Source of the DNA: Verrucomicrobiaceae bacterium
GTDB lineage: Bacteria > Verrucomicrobiota > Verrucomicrobiia > Verrucomicrobiales > Akkermansiaceae
Assembly (NCBI GenBank): GCA_051252135.1
Contig: JBPOGH010000001.1
Coordinates: 160,001-224,000 of the forward strand
DNA length: 64,000 nt
Reading direction: 5' to 3'
A program made the translations under genes and the position numbers. Shown here in pieces: positions 27,884 to 38,986 of this stretch. Below the pieces are notes generated by a model. The model had not been told where the DNA came from. It made no database searches and saw only the letters and a program-made list of their open reading frames with translations. The number at the start of each line of letters is the position of its first letter. The stretch's first letter is position 1.

Positions 27884-29107
27884 TCAACGTAGCATCCGAA
27901 GAGCTTTATCGAGGGCTACTCCAAAGGAATTGATTTCATCGATGGTGTTGTAGGCCGCAACGGACGCGCGGAGGGTTCCCTGAATGCCGAAGCGTGCCAT
28001 GAGTGGTTGGCAGCAATGATGTCCGGTCCGGAGAGCGAATCCCATGCGGTCCAGGAACGTTCCGAGGTCGTAATGATGGACTCCTTTGACATTAAATGAA
28101 AGTGATCCAGCCCTGTTGGATGGACCGTAAAGGGTGACGTCCTTCATTCCTCCTACGATGTCCGCGGCGGCCTGAATGAGGGTGTTTTCATGGGTCGCTA
28201 TTCGATCTATTCCCAAGTTATTCACATAGTCAAAGGCAGCGGCCAGTGCGATTCCCCCTTCAATATTCGGGGTTCCGGCCTCAAATTTGAAGGGGGGATC
28301 GTTGTAAGTGGTTTTCTCGAAAGTCACCTCCTTGATCATTTCGCCACCACCTCGCCAGGGTGGCAATTCTTCAAGGAGTTCATGGCGTCCAAAGAGGATC
28401 CCCACTCCAGTGGGCCCGTAAACCTTGTGTCCTGAAAATGCGTAAAAATCACAATTAATTGACTGAATATCAACTGATTGGTGGGGTATCGATTGCGCTC
28501 CATCGATAAAGGTGAGAGCGCCTGCCTTCTGAGCCTGTGAACAAATGTGAATAACATCATTCACCGTGCCAAAGGCGTTTGAGACATGGTTGACCGCCAC
28601 CAGTTTGGTCCGCTCATTGAGAAGGGCATCGTAGGCCTCAAGGTCGAGGGTCCCGGAATCAGTGACAGGAATCACTTTGAGAGTCATTCCCAGTCGTTCA
28701 CAAAGCATCTGCCAAGGCACGGTGTTCGAGTGGTGCTCCAGTCCGGAAATGATGATTTCGTCCCCTGAAGAGAATTTATCCGAGCGACCAAGGGACGAGG
28801 CCACGAGATTGACCGAATCCGTGGTGCCGGAGGTGAAGATGATTTCTTCGGGGCGGGAGGCATTAAGATGGCGGGCAATTGTCAAACGTGCGTTCTCGTG
28901 CGCACCGGTTGCTTGCTGGGCGAGATGGTGGACCCCGCGATGAATGTTGGAATTGAGGGTCTCGTAATAGTGCCTTGAGGCATCAAGGACTTGGACAGGT
29001 TTCTGGGAAGTGGCTGCGTTATCGAGATAGACCAGAGGTTGCCCGTGGACCTTGGCGGCCAATATGGGGAAGTCAGGTCGAATCGCATTGGGATCAAGCT
29101 TGCTCAC
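27884..29107 (-). CDS. sufS: Cysteine desulfurase, SufS subfamily
   Basis: YLDNAATSQKP, NIHRGVH, EHHSN, FSGHK, FEAGTP, RTGHHCCQP. Confidence 0.95.
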   Translation of the reverse strand: MSKLDPNAIRPDFPILAAKVHGQPLVYLDNAATSQKPVQVLDASRHYYETLNSNIHRGVHHLAQQATGAHENARLTIARHLNASRPEEIIFTSGTTDSVNLVASSLGRSDKFSSGDEIIISGLEHHSNTVPWQMLCERLGMTLKVIPVTDSGTLDLEAYDALLNERTKLVAVNHVSNAFGTVNDVIHICSQAQKAGALTFIDGAQSIPHQSVDIQSINCDFYAFSGHKVYGPTGVGILFGRHELLEELPPWRGGGEMIKEVTFEKTTYNDPPFKFEAGTPNIEGGIALAAAFDYVNNLGIDRIATHENTLIQAAADIVGGMKDVTLYGPSNRAGSLSFNVKGVHHYDLGTFLDRMGFALRTGHHCCQPLMARFGIQGTLRASVAAYNTIDEINSFGVALDKALRMLR

Positions 29108-29200
29108 ACCGGAAGAGAACCACGATTTTTGTGAATTGCACGAATAACCTGAAAGGGAAGTGGGCTTGTGTTCTCTTTGGTTTACCCGCAGAACAGGCCT

Positions 29201-29947
29201 GTGATTGACGGTTGGACGGCATGGATATTGGTGGGACTTGCCGCGCTTTGTGTCGGGCTGGGAAAAGCGGGGTTTTCCGGGATCGGATTGATTCCCGTCT
29301 TCATCATGGCTGAGTTATTCGGGAAGGCCTCGGTAGGGGTGTTGCTCCCTATGTTGGTGGTTGCGGATGTGAGTGTTTATCCGATGTTCCGAAAATATGC
29401 CTCCTGGGCGCCGGTCTGGCGTTTGCTTCCGCCCGCGCTGATTGGAATGATCGCGGGATACTTCATTCTTGATTGGCTGCCGGAGGAGCACGCCAAGCCC
29501 ACCATTGGCGGGATTATTCTGATCATGGTGATTCTTCAGTTGGCGCGGCGTTTTAATCCGAATGGGTTTGAAAAGATGGCAAATTCCGGGGGATTTGGGA
29601 TGGGGGCTGGTGTTGGCGCCGGAGTGGCGACAATGATTGCGAACGCAGCGGGGCCGGTGTTTCAGCTTTATCTGATCTCCAAACGGGTTCCCAAAATGGA
29701 GCTCATTGGGATCGGAGCCCGATTCTTCCTCCTAATCAACATCATCAAATTGCCCTTCATGGGGGGCTTGAGTTTTACGACATCGGAGACGTTGCTTCTC
29801 AATCTCAAACTGGTGCCACTGATTCTGATGGGAACCTTTTTTGGTCGCCACCTGCTTCAGTTTATTTCACAGCGGGTTTTTGAGTGGATGGTGGTGGGGT
29901 TTGCGGTGCTGGCAGGTGTCCGTCTTATCAGTGGCGCTTTTCTTTAA
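29201..29947 (+). CDS. Sulfite exporter TauE/SafE family membrane protein
   Basis: GLGKAGFSG, LLPMLVVAD, TMIANAAGP; about 8 TM; start uncertain (29168/29201). Confidence 0.85.
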   Translation: MIDGWTAWILVGLAALCVGLGKAGFSGIGLIPVFIMAELFGKASVGVLLPMLVVADVSVYPMFRKYASWAPVWRLLPPALIGMIAGYFILDWLPEEHAKPTIGGIILIMVILQLARRFNPNGFEKMANSGGFGMGAGVGAGVATMIANAAGPVFQLYLISKRVPKMELIGIGARFFLLINIIKLPFMGGLSFTTSETLLLNLKLVPLILMGTFFGRHLLQFISQRVFEWMVVGFAVLAGVRLISGAFL

Positions 29948-30675
29948 CGCCAGGAAGGACCGCCGCTTCCATTGATTTGCTGAATCCGTTGGTAATTCTG
30001 GAATGCGAGGAAACCGAAGAGGATTGCCACAAAAAATGAATTGAAGATCAGAAATCCGATGAGGGCGGTCACAATTCCGGTGTAGAGGCCGACTTTGTAC
30101 ACTTTCAGTAGTGATGGTTGGAAGGTGGCGTAGGCTTGGCCACCGTCGAGCGGGTAGACAGGCAGCAGGTTGACCAGGCTCCACCAGAAATTGAACATGA
30201 TAAGACCCCGAAGAAGGGCGAAGGTGACATTGTGCATGTCGAAGAAAGCGGCGCCACTTCCGAGAAGGAGGTCCTGGGATCTGGTGACGATGAAGATGAT
30301 GACGTCGAGACCATCGACTAGGCCATATCGGGCAACACAGTAGAGAATAATGCAAAGGAAGAAGGTCAACCCGGCACCGGGGCCCGCGAGAACCATGTAT
30401 AGGGTCTGTTTTTTTGTCAGGGAGGCATTGGGGTATGCGAGGCCACCCATTGCCCAAAGCCGGATGTGGGGCTGTCGACCTGAGAATTTACGGGCGGTGA
30501 GCGCATGTCCGAATTCATGGATGAGGATCGAGAACAGGAGAACCAGCATCCAGAGGAGGGCTTGGATAAAGTCTTCGCGGCTGTTCATGCGGAAACCGCC
30601 TCCAAGAAGAAAACCGGTTAGCCAGAACCAAGGTTCGATCCGGACGGGGATGCGGAAAAGGGTAAACTCGAACAC
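29944..30675 (-). CDS. Site-2 protease (M50) family metalloprotease
   Basis: HEFGH, LAGPG, NLLPVYPLDGG. Confidence 0.92.
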   Translation of the reverse strand: MFEFTLFRIPVRIEPWFWLTGFLLGGGFRMNSREDFIQALLWMLVLLFSILIHEFGHALTARKFSGRQPHIRLWAMGGLAYPNASLTKKQTLYMVLAGPGAGLTFFLCIILYCVARYGLVDGLDVIIFIVTRSQDLLLGSGAAFFDMHNVTFALLRGLIMFNFWWSLVNLLPVYPLDGGQAYATFQPSLLKVYKVGLYTGIVTALIGFLIFNSFFVAILFGFLAFQNYQRIQQINGSGGPSWR

Positions 30676-30713
30676 GTGGGGAGGTTAGGTCGGCGGCTCA
30701 AAAGGCGCCACTA

Positions 30714-30747
30714 GAAAAGGCCTGCCGCGTGAGCGACAGGCCTTTTC
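30714..30747 (-). terminator. Intrinsic terminator after PEP-CTERM gene
   Basis: GAAAAGGCCTG...CAGGCCTTTTC inverted repeat. Confidence 0.75.
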
Positions 30748-30789
30748 ACTGCAAGGGTCGAGCAGCAGAAAAAACGGTTAGAATTATAG

Positions 30790-31554
30790 TTAACGCTTGC
30801 GACGGGTCACAAGTGCACCAAGAGCAAGAATGCTCATAGAGGCGGCTGATGGCTCGGGGACGGTGCAGATGATGCAAGCACCGAGACTCAGGTGGGTATC
30901 GTAGGTGATCTGCTCACTCCTCTCGAAGGTGGAGCCACCATCAAGAGAGTAGAGATACTGAAGGTTCTCAGGAAGACCCGAGGCGCCACTTTTCTCATCA
31001 CGCACGAGGACGTCGGTCGCATCAAAGACGTAGTTCCCTTTGTCATCCTTCTTAAGAGCATAAGGAGACTTGGTGTCACCGGCCTGAAGATACATTCCGA
31101 ATCTTTCGCCAGCCTTTTCCTCGATTGCGGCAGCCGCCTTAACACCTTCTTCATCCAAGCAAACGCTTACAGTGAAGGTGGCCTTTTCAACTTTGCAGTT
31201 GGGGTCATCGGTGGTGATGACGGGATTTCCGAAGAGGAGGGCGGAAGGATTGTTGTTTGTGTTGAACTGAATGGCGCCATTGGCGACGGTCCAGTTGACA
31301 TCAGCTTGGTTCCACGCAGTGGTGATGGCGAACGAGCCGGAAGGGTTTCCGGAGAGTTCGCTGTCAGGATCCCAGGTGACTCCATCGTAGGTGCCTTCGA
31401 AGGTGCCGGAGCCGGAAGATCCCGGGAGGGGATTGCCAGGGCTATCCAGAACCGAAAGGCTATTGATGGTGAAGCATCCCGACTGTGTGGTCTGAGCTGC
31501 GGCTGATCCAATGATCGTGAGGGTGAGTGCGGATGCACTGAGGATATTTTTCAT
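30790..31554 (-). CDS. PEP-CTERM sorting domain protein
   Basis: Signal peptide (AAA-Q); C-terminal VPEPSAASMSILALGALVTRRKR. Confidence 0.92.
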   Translation of the reverse strand: MKNILSASALTLTIIGSAAAQTTQSGCFTINSLSVLDSPGNPLPGSSGSGTFEGTYDGVTWDPDSELSGNPSGSFAITTAWNQADVNWTVANGAIQFNTNNNPSALLFGNPVITTDDPNCKVEKATFTVSVCLDEEGVKAAAAIEEKAGERFGMYLQAGDTKSPYALKKDDKGNYVFDATDVLVRDEKSGASGLPENLQYLYSLDGGSTFERSEQITYDTHLSLGACIICTVPEPSAASMSILALGALVTRRKR

Positions 31555-32113
31555 TTGATATTATTGGGGGGGTTGTTTTGCGAAGGGGGGGTCCCGCTCG
31601 ACAACTGACTCTTCGTTACGTTCATTTTTTTGTCAAAAAAAAGCAGGGTGTTGTGGAGAACGTCCAATTTTCAAGAAAGTCAGCAGGCATTTGATTTCGC
31701 TCAACCCTTTATTTTATATAGAGTTCAGGAGACTGTTTGGTCCTGTTGATGTTTCGGATTATTAAGAACTAGGCCTAATTTTAAAAATACATCGACCCTT
31801 ATAAACATTCAAAATATGGCTTTATAGGAGTCTTGAATGCCCCGAAGGATGGGTAATCCGGCGGAGTAATTATCTTAAGAGTAGTCGCGACGAGGTCTTT
31901 TCTGAGCGATTTGCCCGGTAGATGGGTAGGTCGCCCCATTGTCGCCCCCCCAATTTTTCTCAATCCGGATGGCCGGCTTGAGGTTGGGGGACCGACGAAA
32001 TCCCGAAGTTAACTATGGGCCTGAGGTCGATTATCACGATCATCGCACCAAGTGAGGCGATGGTTTCACGACGTTTTGTGAAGGCGGAATCCCTTTCGAG
32101 AAGGAATTTCAGA

Positions 32114-34303
<2,190 letters not shown>

Positions 34304-34714
34304 TCAAAGCAGAACACGATGGACGGCACGGAAAACGAGCGCTCCGAAGAAACCGCCAAGGGTATCCGCGAGCCAATCGCCGGGATCATTGCCAGTGCGA
34401 TTAGCGAAGAAGGACTGATGCCATTCATCAAAGATTCCGACGATGGAAAGAATGACAGCCACGACGAGGATGATCTTTGTCCATGGGAGCCGATCTTTTC
34501 TGAAGTATAGGGCGGCCGAAAAAAGTCCTCCTCCCCCAAAGAAGTAGCCAAAGTGAACAACCTTATCGATGTGAGCAAATTCGAACCCGAAGAAGAAATT
34601 GGTCGAGGGATGAAATTTGTCTCCGTGAGAGAGCAGGTTGAGGACGATGAACCACAGGATGAGACAGCAGGTCCAAAAACCGCATGTGCGGATTCTGTCG
34701 GGGAATCGGGGCAT
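34304..34714 (-). CDS. VanZ family membrane protein
   Basis: DKVVHFGYF, DEWHQSF..NRTG...DWLADTLG. Confidence 0.88.
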   Translation of the reverse strand: MPRFPDRIRTCGFWTCCLILWFIVLNLLSHGDKFHPSTNFFFGFEFAHIDKVVHFGYFFGGGGLFSAALYFRKDRLPWTKIILVVAVILSIVGIFDEWHQSFFANRTGNDPGDWLADTLGGFFGALVFRAVHRVLL

Positions 34715-34723
34715 GGACGGACC

Positions 34724-35017
34724 TTATTTGTCGGAATCGCCCGGTTCGCTGCGACGCATTTCGTCTTCCATTCGCTCGGAGAGCCATTGCTTCATCATCG
34801 ACTGGTAGTTGAGGAAACGCGAGCGAGCGATACGTTTGATGCGCGAGAGCATGCGAGGATCAAAGCGCAGGGTAATGGTGGTGGACTCGCGGGAGTCCGG
34901 GGCGTGGATGGAGGCGTTAATGAGGCGCGGGTTGAGGCCGTGCTTGCTCCAGAATTCGGCTTCATCTTCGTCTGAATCAAATTCGGGGACTTCGCTCCAG
35001 GAGGATATGGTGTTCAT
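34724..35017 (-). CDS. BrnA/CopG-like antitoxin (RHH)
   Basis: VPEFDSDEDEAEFWSKH; ITLRFD...IKRIA....LNYQSMMKQWLSE. Confidence 0.8.
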   Translation of the reverse strand: MNTISSWSEVPEFDSDEDEAEFWSKHGLNPRLINASIHAPDSRESTTITLRFDPRMLSRIKRIARSRFLNYQSMMKQWLSERMEDEMRRSEPGDSDK

Positions 35018-35031
35018 CGTCTGGTGAATGG

Positions 35032-35310
35032 TTATTTGATTTCAGCGAGTTTGCGGTCGTAATAGGCGGATTCGTCTTCGCTCATTTCACGGGCGCCGAT
35101 GACGCGAGCGCGTTTTCCATCGGTCCAAAAACAAAGGAAGAGGGATCGATTGCCGATGGTTCGGCCCAAGAGGTAGAAGCGGGTTTCTCCGTCTTCACGG
35201 TCGGTATCCGGGATGAGGCGGATCGAAAAGGGGTCCTCGAAGATCTCCTCGATTTCATGAGGCTTGATAAACTTGGTATCAAACGGGGTATCTGCGAAAT
35301 CGAGGTCCAT
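35032..35310 (-). CDS. BrnT-like toxin family protein
   Basis: EIEEIFEDP, ETRFYLLGRT..NRSLFLCF, RVIGAREM..E..YY; toxin-first order as in brnTA. Confidence 0.78.
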   Translation of the reverse strand: MDLDFADTPFDTKFIKPHEIEEIFEDPFSIRLIPDTDREDGETRFYLLGRTIGNRSLFLCFWTDGKRARVIGAREMSEDESAYYDRKLAEIK

Positions 35311-35381
35311 GGGAAATTGGTTGATTTAGGAAACCATACCTTTCATGAGTAGGAAAGGGTAATCTCTTGGTGGGGTTGGGA

Positions 35382-36194
35382 CTAGATGGTGATGAGACCG
35401 TCAAAAACGAAGTCTGCGGGGCCCGTCATGGTGATGTTCGCAAACCGTTGGTCATCGAGGGGATCAAAGGCGATCTCAATGTCATCCCCACCCCGGACGG
35501 TGATGTAGATGGGCGAGGGGGCACCAGTGAGGAGGTGATGGATCAATGCGCAGGCCGTGATTCCCGTGCCGCAGGCAAGGGTTTCGCCTTCGACTCCGCG
35601 CTCATAGGTGCGAACGAGAAGGTGGTTAGGCTTCAATGCTTGGGCGAAGTTGGCATTCGTGCCCTTGGGTTGATAGTGGTCGTGGTAGCGGATGGCGGCG
35701 CCATTTCCGACGATGTCGGTGGATTCGACGTCTTGAACGAAAGCGACGGCGTGGGGGACTCCGGTATTGAGATTGTGAACGGGGACACCAAGAGAATCGA
35801 TTTGAACCGGGGAGTTGAGCTCCAGCCCGAATGGCTCCGACATTTCGATGCGGACGTTTTCACCGATGATTTCGGCACGTAGAGTACCAGCGATCGTCTC
35901 GAAGGTGAGATCGGTGCGGTCGCCTCCGAGGAGGCGGGAGGTGAATCGACCAAAACAGCGGGCACCGTTGCCACACATTTCGGCTTCGCCGCCATCGGCA
36001 TTGTAATAGCGAAACTTCACGTCAGCGCCTTTTTCTGCGGGTTCAACGGCAAGGAGGCCGTCGGCACCGACGCCCCGGTGGCGGTCACAAAGTTTTTCAA
36101 TTTGATCGCGGGAAAGCGAAATATCGAGGGAGCGATTGTCAATGACGACGAAGTCATTGCCAGCTCCGTTCATTTTGGTGAAAGAGAGATTCAT
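35382..36194 (-). CDS. dapF: Diaminopimelate epimerase
   Basis: FTKMNGAGNDF, GVGADG, NADGGEAEMCGNGARC, ERGVEGETLACGTG. Confidence 0.97.
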   Translation of the reverse strand: MNLSFTKMNGAGNDFVVIDNRSLDISLSRDQIEKLCDRHRGVGADGLLAVEPAEKGADVKFRYYNADGGEAEMCGNGARCFGRFTSRLLGGDRTDLTFETIAGTLRAEIIGENVRIEMSEPFGLELNSPVQIDSLGVPVHNLNTGVPHAVAFVQDVESTDIVGNGAAIRYHDHYQPKGTNANFAQALKPNHLLVRTYERGVEGETLACGTGITACALIHHLLTGAPSPIYITVRGGDDIEIAFDPLDDQRFANITMTGPADFVFDGLITI

Positions 36195-36235
36195 GGGAGA
36201 TTGATCGTGTTCGAATTGGACTTTCGCAAGGAGAA

Positions 36236-37039
36236 TCAAGCGTTGTGAGTGGCTTCAATCAACGGGGTGACGAACTCGCGAAGGCGCCGGGCGACATCGG
36301 TCTCGTTGGCATTCATTTCGACAGTCTTGACGATCGCGGAACCGACGATGACTCCGTCGGCCTTGGAAGCGACCATCGCGGCGTGTTCGGGATTGCTGAT
36401 ACCGAAGCCCACGCAGATTGGAGTATCGGTGTGGGCGCTGATGCTGGAGACCAGTTCTCCAATCGATTCCGAAGGCGCGGAATGGCCTCCCGTGACTCCG
36501 GTGCGGGAGAGGGCGTAGATAAAACCTTGGGAGGATTGGGCGAGTGATTTCTGGCGATTCGGGGGAGTGGTCGGGGCGATGAGGTGAATGTGGTGTAGTT
36601 CCTGATCCCCGGAGAAATCAACATTTCCTTTGGCCTCGGAGGGAGGGAGATCGAGGAGCAGGATGCCATCGGCGCCGGCTGCAGCGGCATCGTGATGGAA
36701 TTTCTGGTATCCGTAGGCGTAAATTGGGTTGAGGTAGGTGAAGAGAACGAGGGGAGTTTCATGGGTTTCCCTGAATGCGCGGATCAGATCGAGAATGCGG
36801 TGGGTGTTCATGCCGGACTTCAGGGCTCTGTCGGCGGCCATTTGGTTAACAATGCCGTCAGCCATGGGATCCGAGAACGGGACTCCGAGTTCGATAATAT
36901 CCGCGCCCGCATCTGCAAGAGCGAAAAGGATCTCGAGGGATCGGTCGAAGTCAGGGTCGCCGCCACAGACATAGGCAACGAAAGCCTTTTGAGAGGACTT
37001 ACGGAGGCGGGCAAAGGTGGTGTCGATTCGGTTGGCCAT
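36236..37039 (-). CDS. trpA: Tryptophan synthase alpha chain
   Basis: IELGVPFSDPMADG, YLNP, LIAPTT, SRTGVTG, VGFGIS, ADGVIVGSA. Confidence 0.97.
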   Translation of the reverse strand: MANRIDTTFARLRKSSQKAFVAYVCGGDPDFDRSLEILFALADAGADIIELGVPFSDPMADGIVNQMAADRALKSGMNTHRILDLIRAFRETHETPLVLFTYLNPIYAYGYQKFHHDAAAAGADGILLLDLPPSEAKGNVDFSGDQELHHIHLIAPTTPPNRQKSLAQSSQGFIYALSRTGVTGGHSAPSESIGELVSSISAHTDTPICVGFGISNPEHAAMVASKADGVIVGSAIVKTVEMNANETDVARRLREFVTPLIEATHNA

Positions 37040-37109
37040 TGATTTGTGGTGAACTTGGCGATGGACGAGAGGAGAGACAAGCCTATCCTCGCAGCCAAGA
37101 CCTTCAATT

Positions 37110-37475
37110 ATGCGTGCCCGAATCATCAAAGACTTCCGTTTTGAAGCCGCTCATACTCTTCCGAGTCTTCCCGGTGACCACAAATGCCGACAAATGCATG
37201 GCCACAGCTTTAAGGTGGAAATCCATGTGGAGGGTGAGGTGAATCCGGCTATCGGGTGGGTGTATGACCACAAATGTATTTCCGAGGCCATGAAGCCATT
37301 GCTGGATATGATGGATCACTCTTACTTGAATGACATTGAGGGATTGGAGAGCCCCACAATTGAGATTATGGCAGCCTGGTTCTGGCGCAAACTGGAAAAG
37401 GATCTGGCCGGCCTCTGTGAGATCGTGATTTACGAAACTCCGACGGCCCGTTGCTCGTTTAAGGGTGAGTTCTAG
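37110..37475 (+). CDS. queD: 6-carboxy-5,6,7,8-tetrahydropterin synthase
   Basis: FEAAHTL, CRQMHGHSF, DHSYLNDIEGLESPT.E, ETPT. Confidence 0.95.
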   Translation: MRARIIKDFRFEAAHTLPSLPGDHKCRQMHGHSFKVEIHVEGEVNPAIGWVYDHKCISEAMKPLLDMMDHSYLNDIEGLESPTIEIMAAWFWRKLEKDLAGLCEIVIYETPTARCSFKGEF

Positions 37476-37517
37476 GGGGAGAGGGCGGAATTAGGTGAAA
37501 CTAGTTTACGATGTAGA

Positions 37518-37546
37518 TTGACTCTTTGTGCGGACTTCTCTATTAG
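37518..37546 (+). promoter_or_regulatory. Sigma70-type promoter of the Hcp-like operon (likely leaderless)
   Basis: TTGACT-17 nt-TATTAG, ending 6 nt before the ATG at 37553. Confidence 0.6.
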
Positions 37547-37552
37547 GGGGGA

Positions 37553-38086
37553 ATGAGGGAAATATCGAAATTATCAAAATCTCTGGCCCTGACCGTTCCG
37601 GTGGCTGCTTCGTTGGTTGGGTCGGATTTGGAGGCTGCGGCCTATATTAAATTTGACGGTGTTGATGGGGAGGCGACCTCTCCAGGTGGCGATGGGTTTA
37701 TCAAGATCGAGTATTACAAGATCGAGATTGACCGGAGTGGGCCGAACGGGGCCGCTGCCTTTAAGAATGTTGTGGTGGCTCTTCCCATGGAAAAGGCGTC
37801 GCCCAACCTGATGCTCTCCTGCGCGACCGGTGCGGTTCTTAAGAACGCCACCCTATACGTTACAAGGACGGGGAGCGATGGGACGGAAAACACTTTCCTG
37901 AAGATTGAGTTCACCAAGGTCGTGATCGACAGCTATCGAACCACCGGTGATGGCGGAGACGATCGCCCGGTTGATGAGGTGACACTTGGATACACGGAGG
38001 TTGAATGGACCTACAATGTGCGGGATGCCGGCGGAAAGGTGATTGAGGTCATCAAGACCCCAACGCTTTCCACAGTGCCCAGATAA
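37553..38086 (+). CDS. Hcp (T6SS tube)-like protein with N-terminal signal-peptide-like extension
   Basis: YIKFDGVDGEA, EKASPNLMLSCATG, FLKIEFTKVVIDSY, DRPVDEVTLGYTEVEWTY match Hcp1 family; 28-aa leader ending DLEA-A. Confidence 0.85.
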   Translation: MREISKLSKSLALTVPVAASLVGSDLEAAAYIKFDGVDGEATSPGGDGFIKIEYYKIEIDRSGPNGAAAFKNVVVALPMEKASPNLMLSCATGAVLKNATLYVTRTGSDGTENTFLKIEFTKVVIDSYRTTGDGGDDRPVDEVTLGYTEVEWTYNVRDAGGKVIEVIKTPTLSTVPR

Positions 38087-38119
38087 AATCGGCTGGCCCG
38101 AGTGAACCACGATTGTCCG

Positions 38120-38986
38120 ATGAAACTGCGAAGCTATTTTAAAGCGCTTATCCTGATGGTGGCGATTGTGCCTATACCGTCGGTTCAAGCGGCACAATTC
38201 TACCTGAAATTGGGCGACATCAAGGGGGAAGCCAGGGCTGAGGGGTTTGAGGGGTGGATTAAGGCCGAATCATTGGGTTTCGATGGAATTGTGGCAGGTA
38301 AGGGGGGCGGTGCCATCAGGGTGATGAAGCGAATCGATGCCGCTACACCTCTGATATTGACGGCAATCTCGACCGGAAAATACATTCGGCAGGCCGAGAT
38401 TGTGCTGATCGAAGACGGTAAGGAGGGTGAAGTCCGAAATTTTGCGGTGCTCAAGCTGCGGGATGTGGTGATCGCCGGGGTTTCTCAGGAGGTATTGGAA
38501 AAGGGGGAAGGTCATTTGGAGGAAGTGACCTTGGCGTTTCGCACGATCCTTTTCAGTTATCCTTCAGCCGATGGTGAGGACTCACCGAAAGTGGCTGATC
38601 TTGGTGGAGATTTGGATTCCGATGGGGATGGAATGACTGACGACTACGAAAGATTCCACGGGTTCGATCCTGCCGTGAATGATTCCGGTTTGGATTCAGA
38701 CAAGGATGGCCTTACCAATTATCAGGAATTTAAACTTGGGTTAAACCCCAAGTCGGCACGATCTTTATTTGAAACAAGGGGGCGACCTTCATCGAAGGAT
38801 CCTTCAAAGTTCCGCCTTGAATGGGAAACGAAGCCCGGGACGGTTTACGATGTCTATTTCACGTCGGATCTTGGCGAGCCATTCAAATTCATCGAGCGTA
38901 TCACGGCTGCCGATTTTGATACGGCATGGGAGGTCGGAACCGGTGGTTTAAAAGGGTTCTACCAGGTTCGCTCGGTGTTGGAATGA
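38120..38986 (+). CDS. Secreted Hcp-domain protein with DxDxDG repeats and C-terminal beta domain
   Basis: Signal peptide ending SVQA-A; FYLKLGDIKGEA..GFEGWI, KRIDAATPLI..AISTGKYI, LKLRDVVI, EEVTLAF; DSDGDGMTDDYE, DSDKDGLTNYQE; YDVYFTSDL...FYQV. Confidence 0.85.
   Translation: MKLRSYFKALILMVAIVPIPSVQAAQFYLKLGDIKGEARAEGFEGWIKAESLGFDGIVAGKGGGAIRVMKRIDAATPLILTAISTGKYIRQAEIVLIEDGKEGEVRNFAVLKLRDVVIAGVSQEVLEKGEGHLEEVTLAFRTILFSYPSADGEDSPKVADLGGDLDSDGDGMTDDYERFHGFDPAVNDSGLDSDKDGLTNYQEFKLGLNPKSARSLFETRGRPSSKDPSKFRLEWETKPGTVYDVYFTSDLGEPFKFIERITAADFDTAWEVGTGGLKGFYQVRSVLE

Noticed and set aside
37040..37109. preQ1 riboswitch upstream of queD or trp attenuator upstream of trpA
   Set aside because: 70-bp divergent gap with no recognisable aptamer or leader peptide.
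37553..38986. Calling this locus a type VI secretion system
   Set aside because: No sheath, baseplate, spike, membrane-complex or ClpV genes in the window, and signal peptides conflict with canonical assembly.
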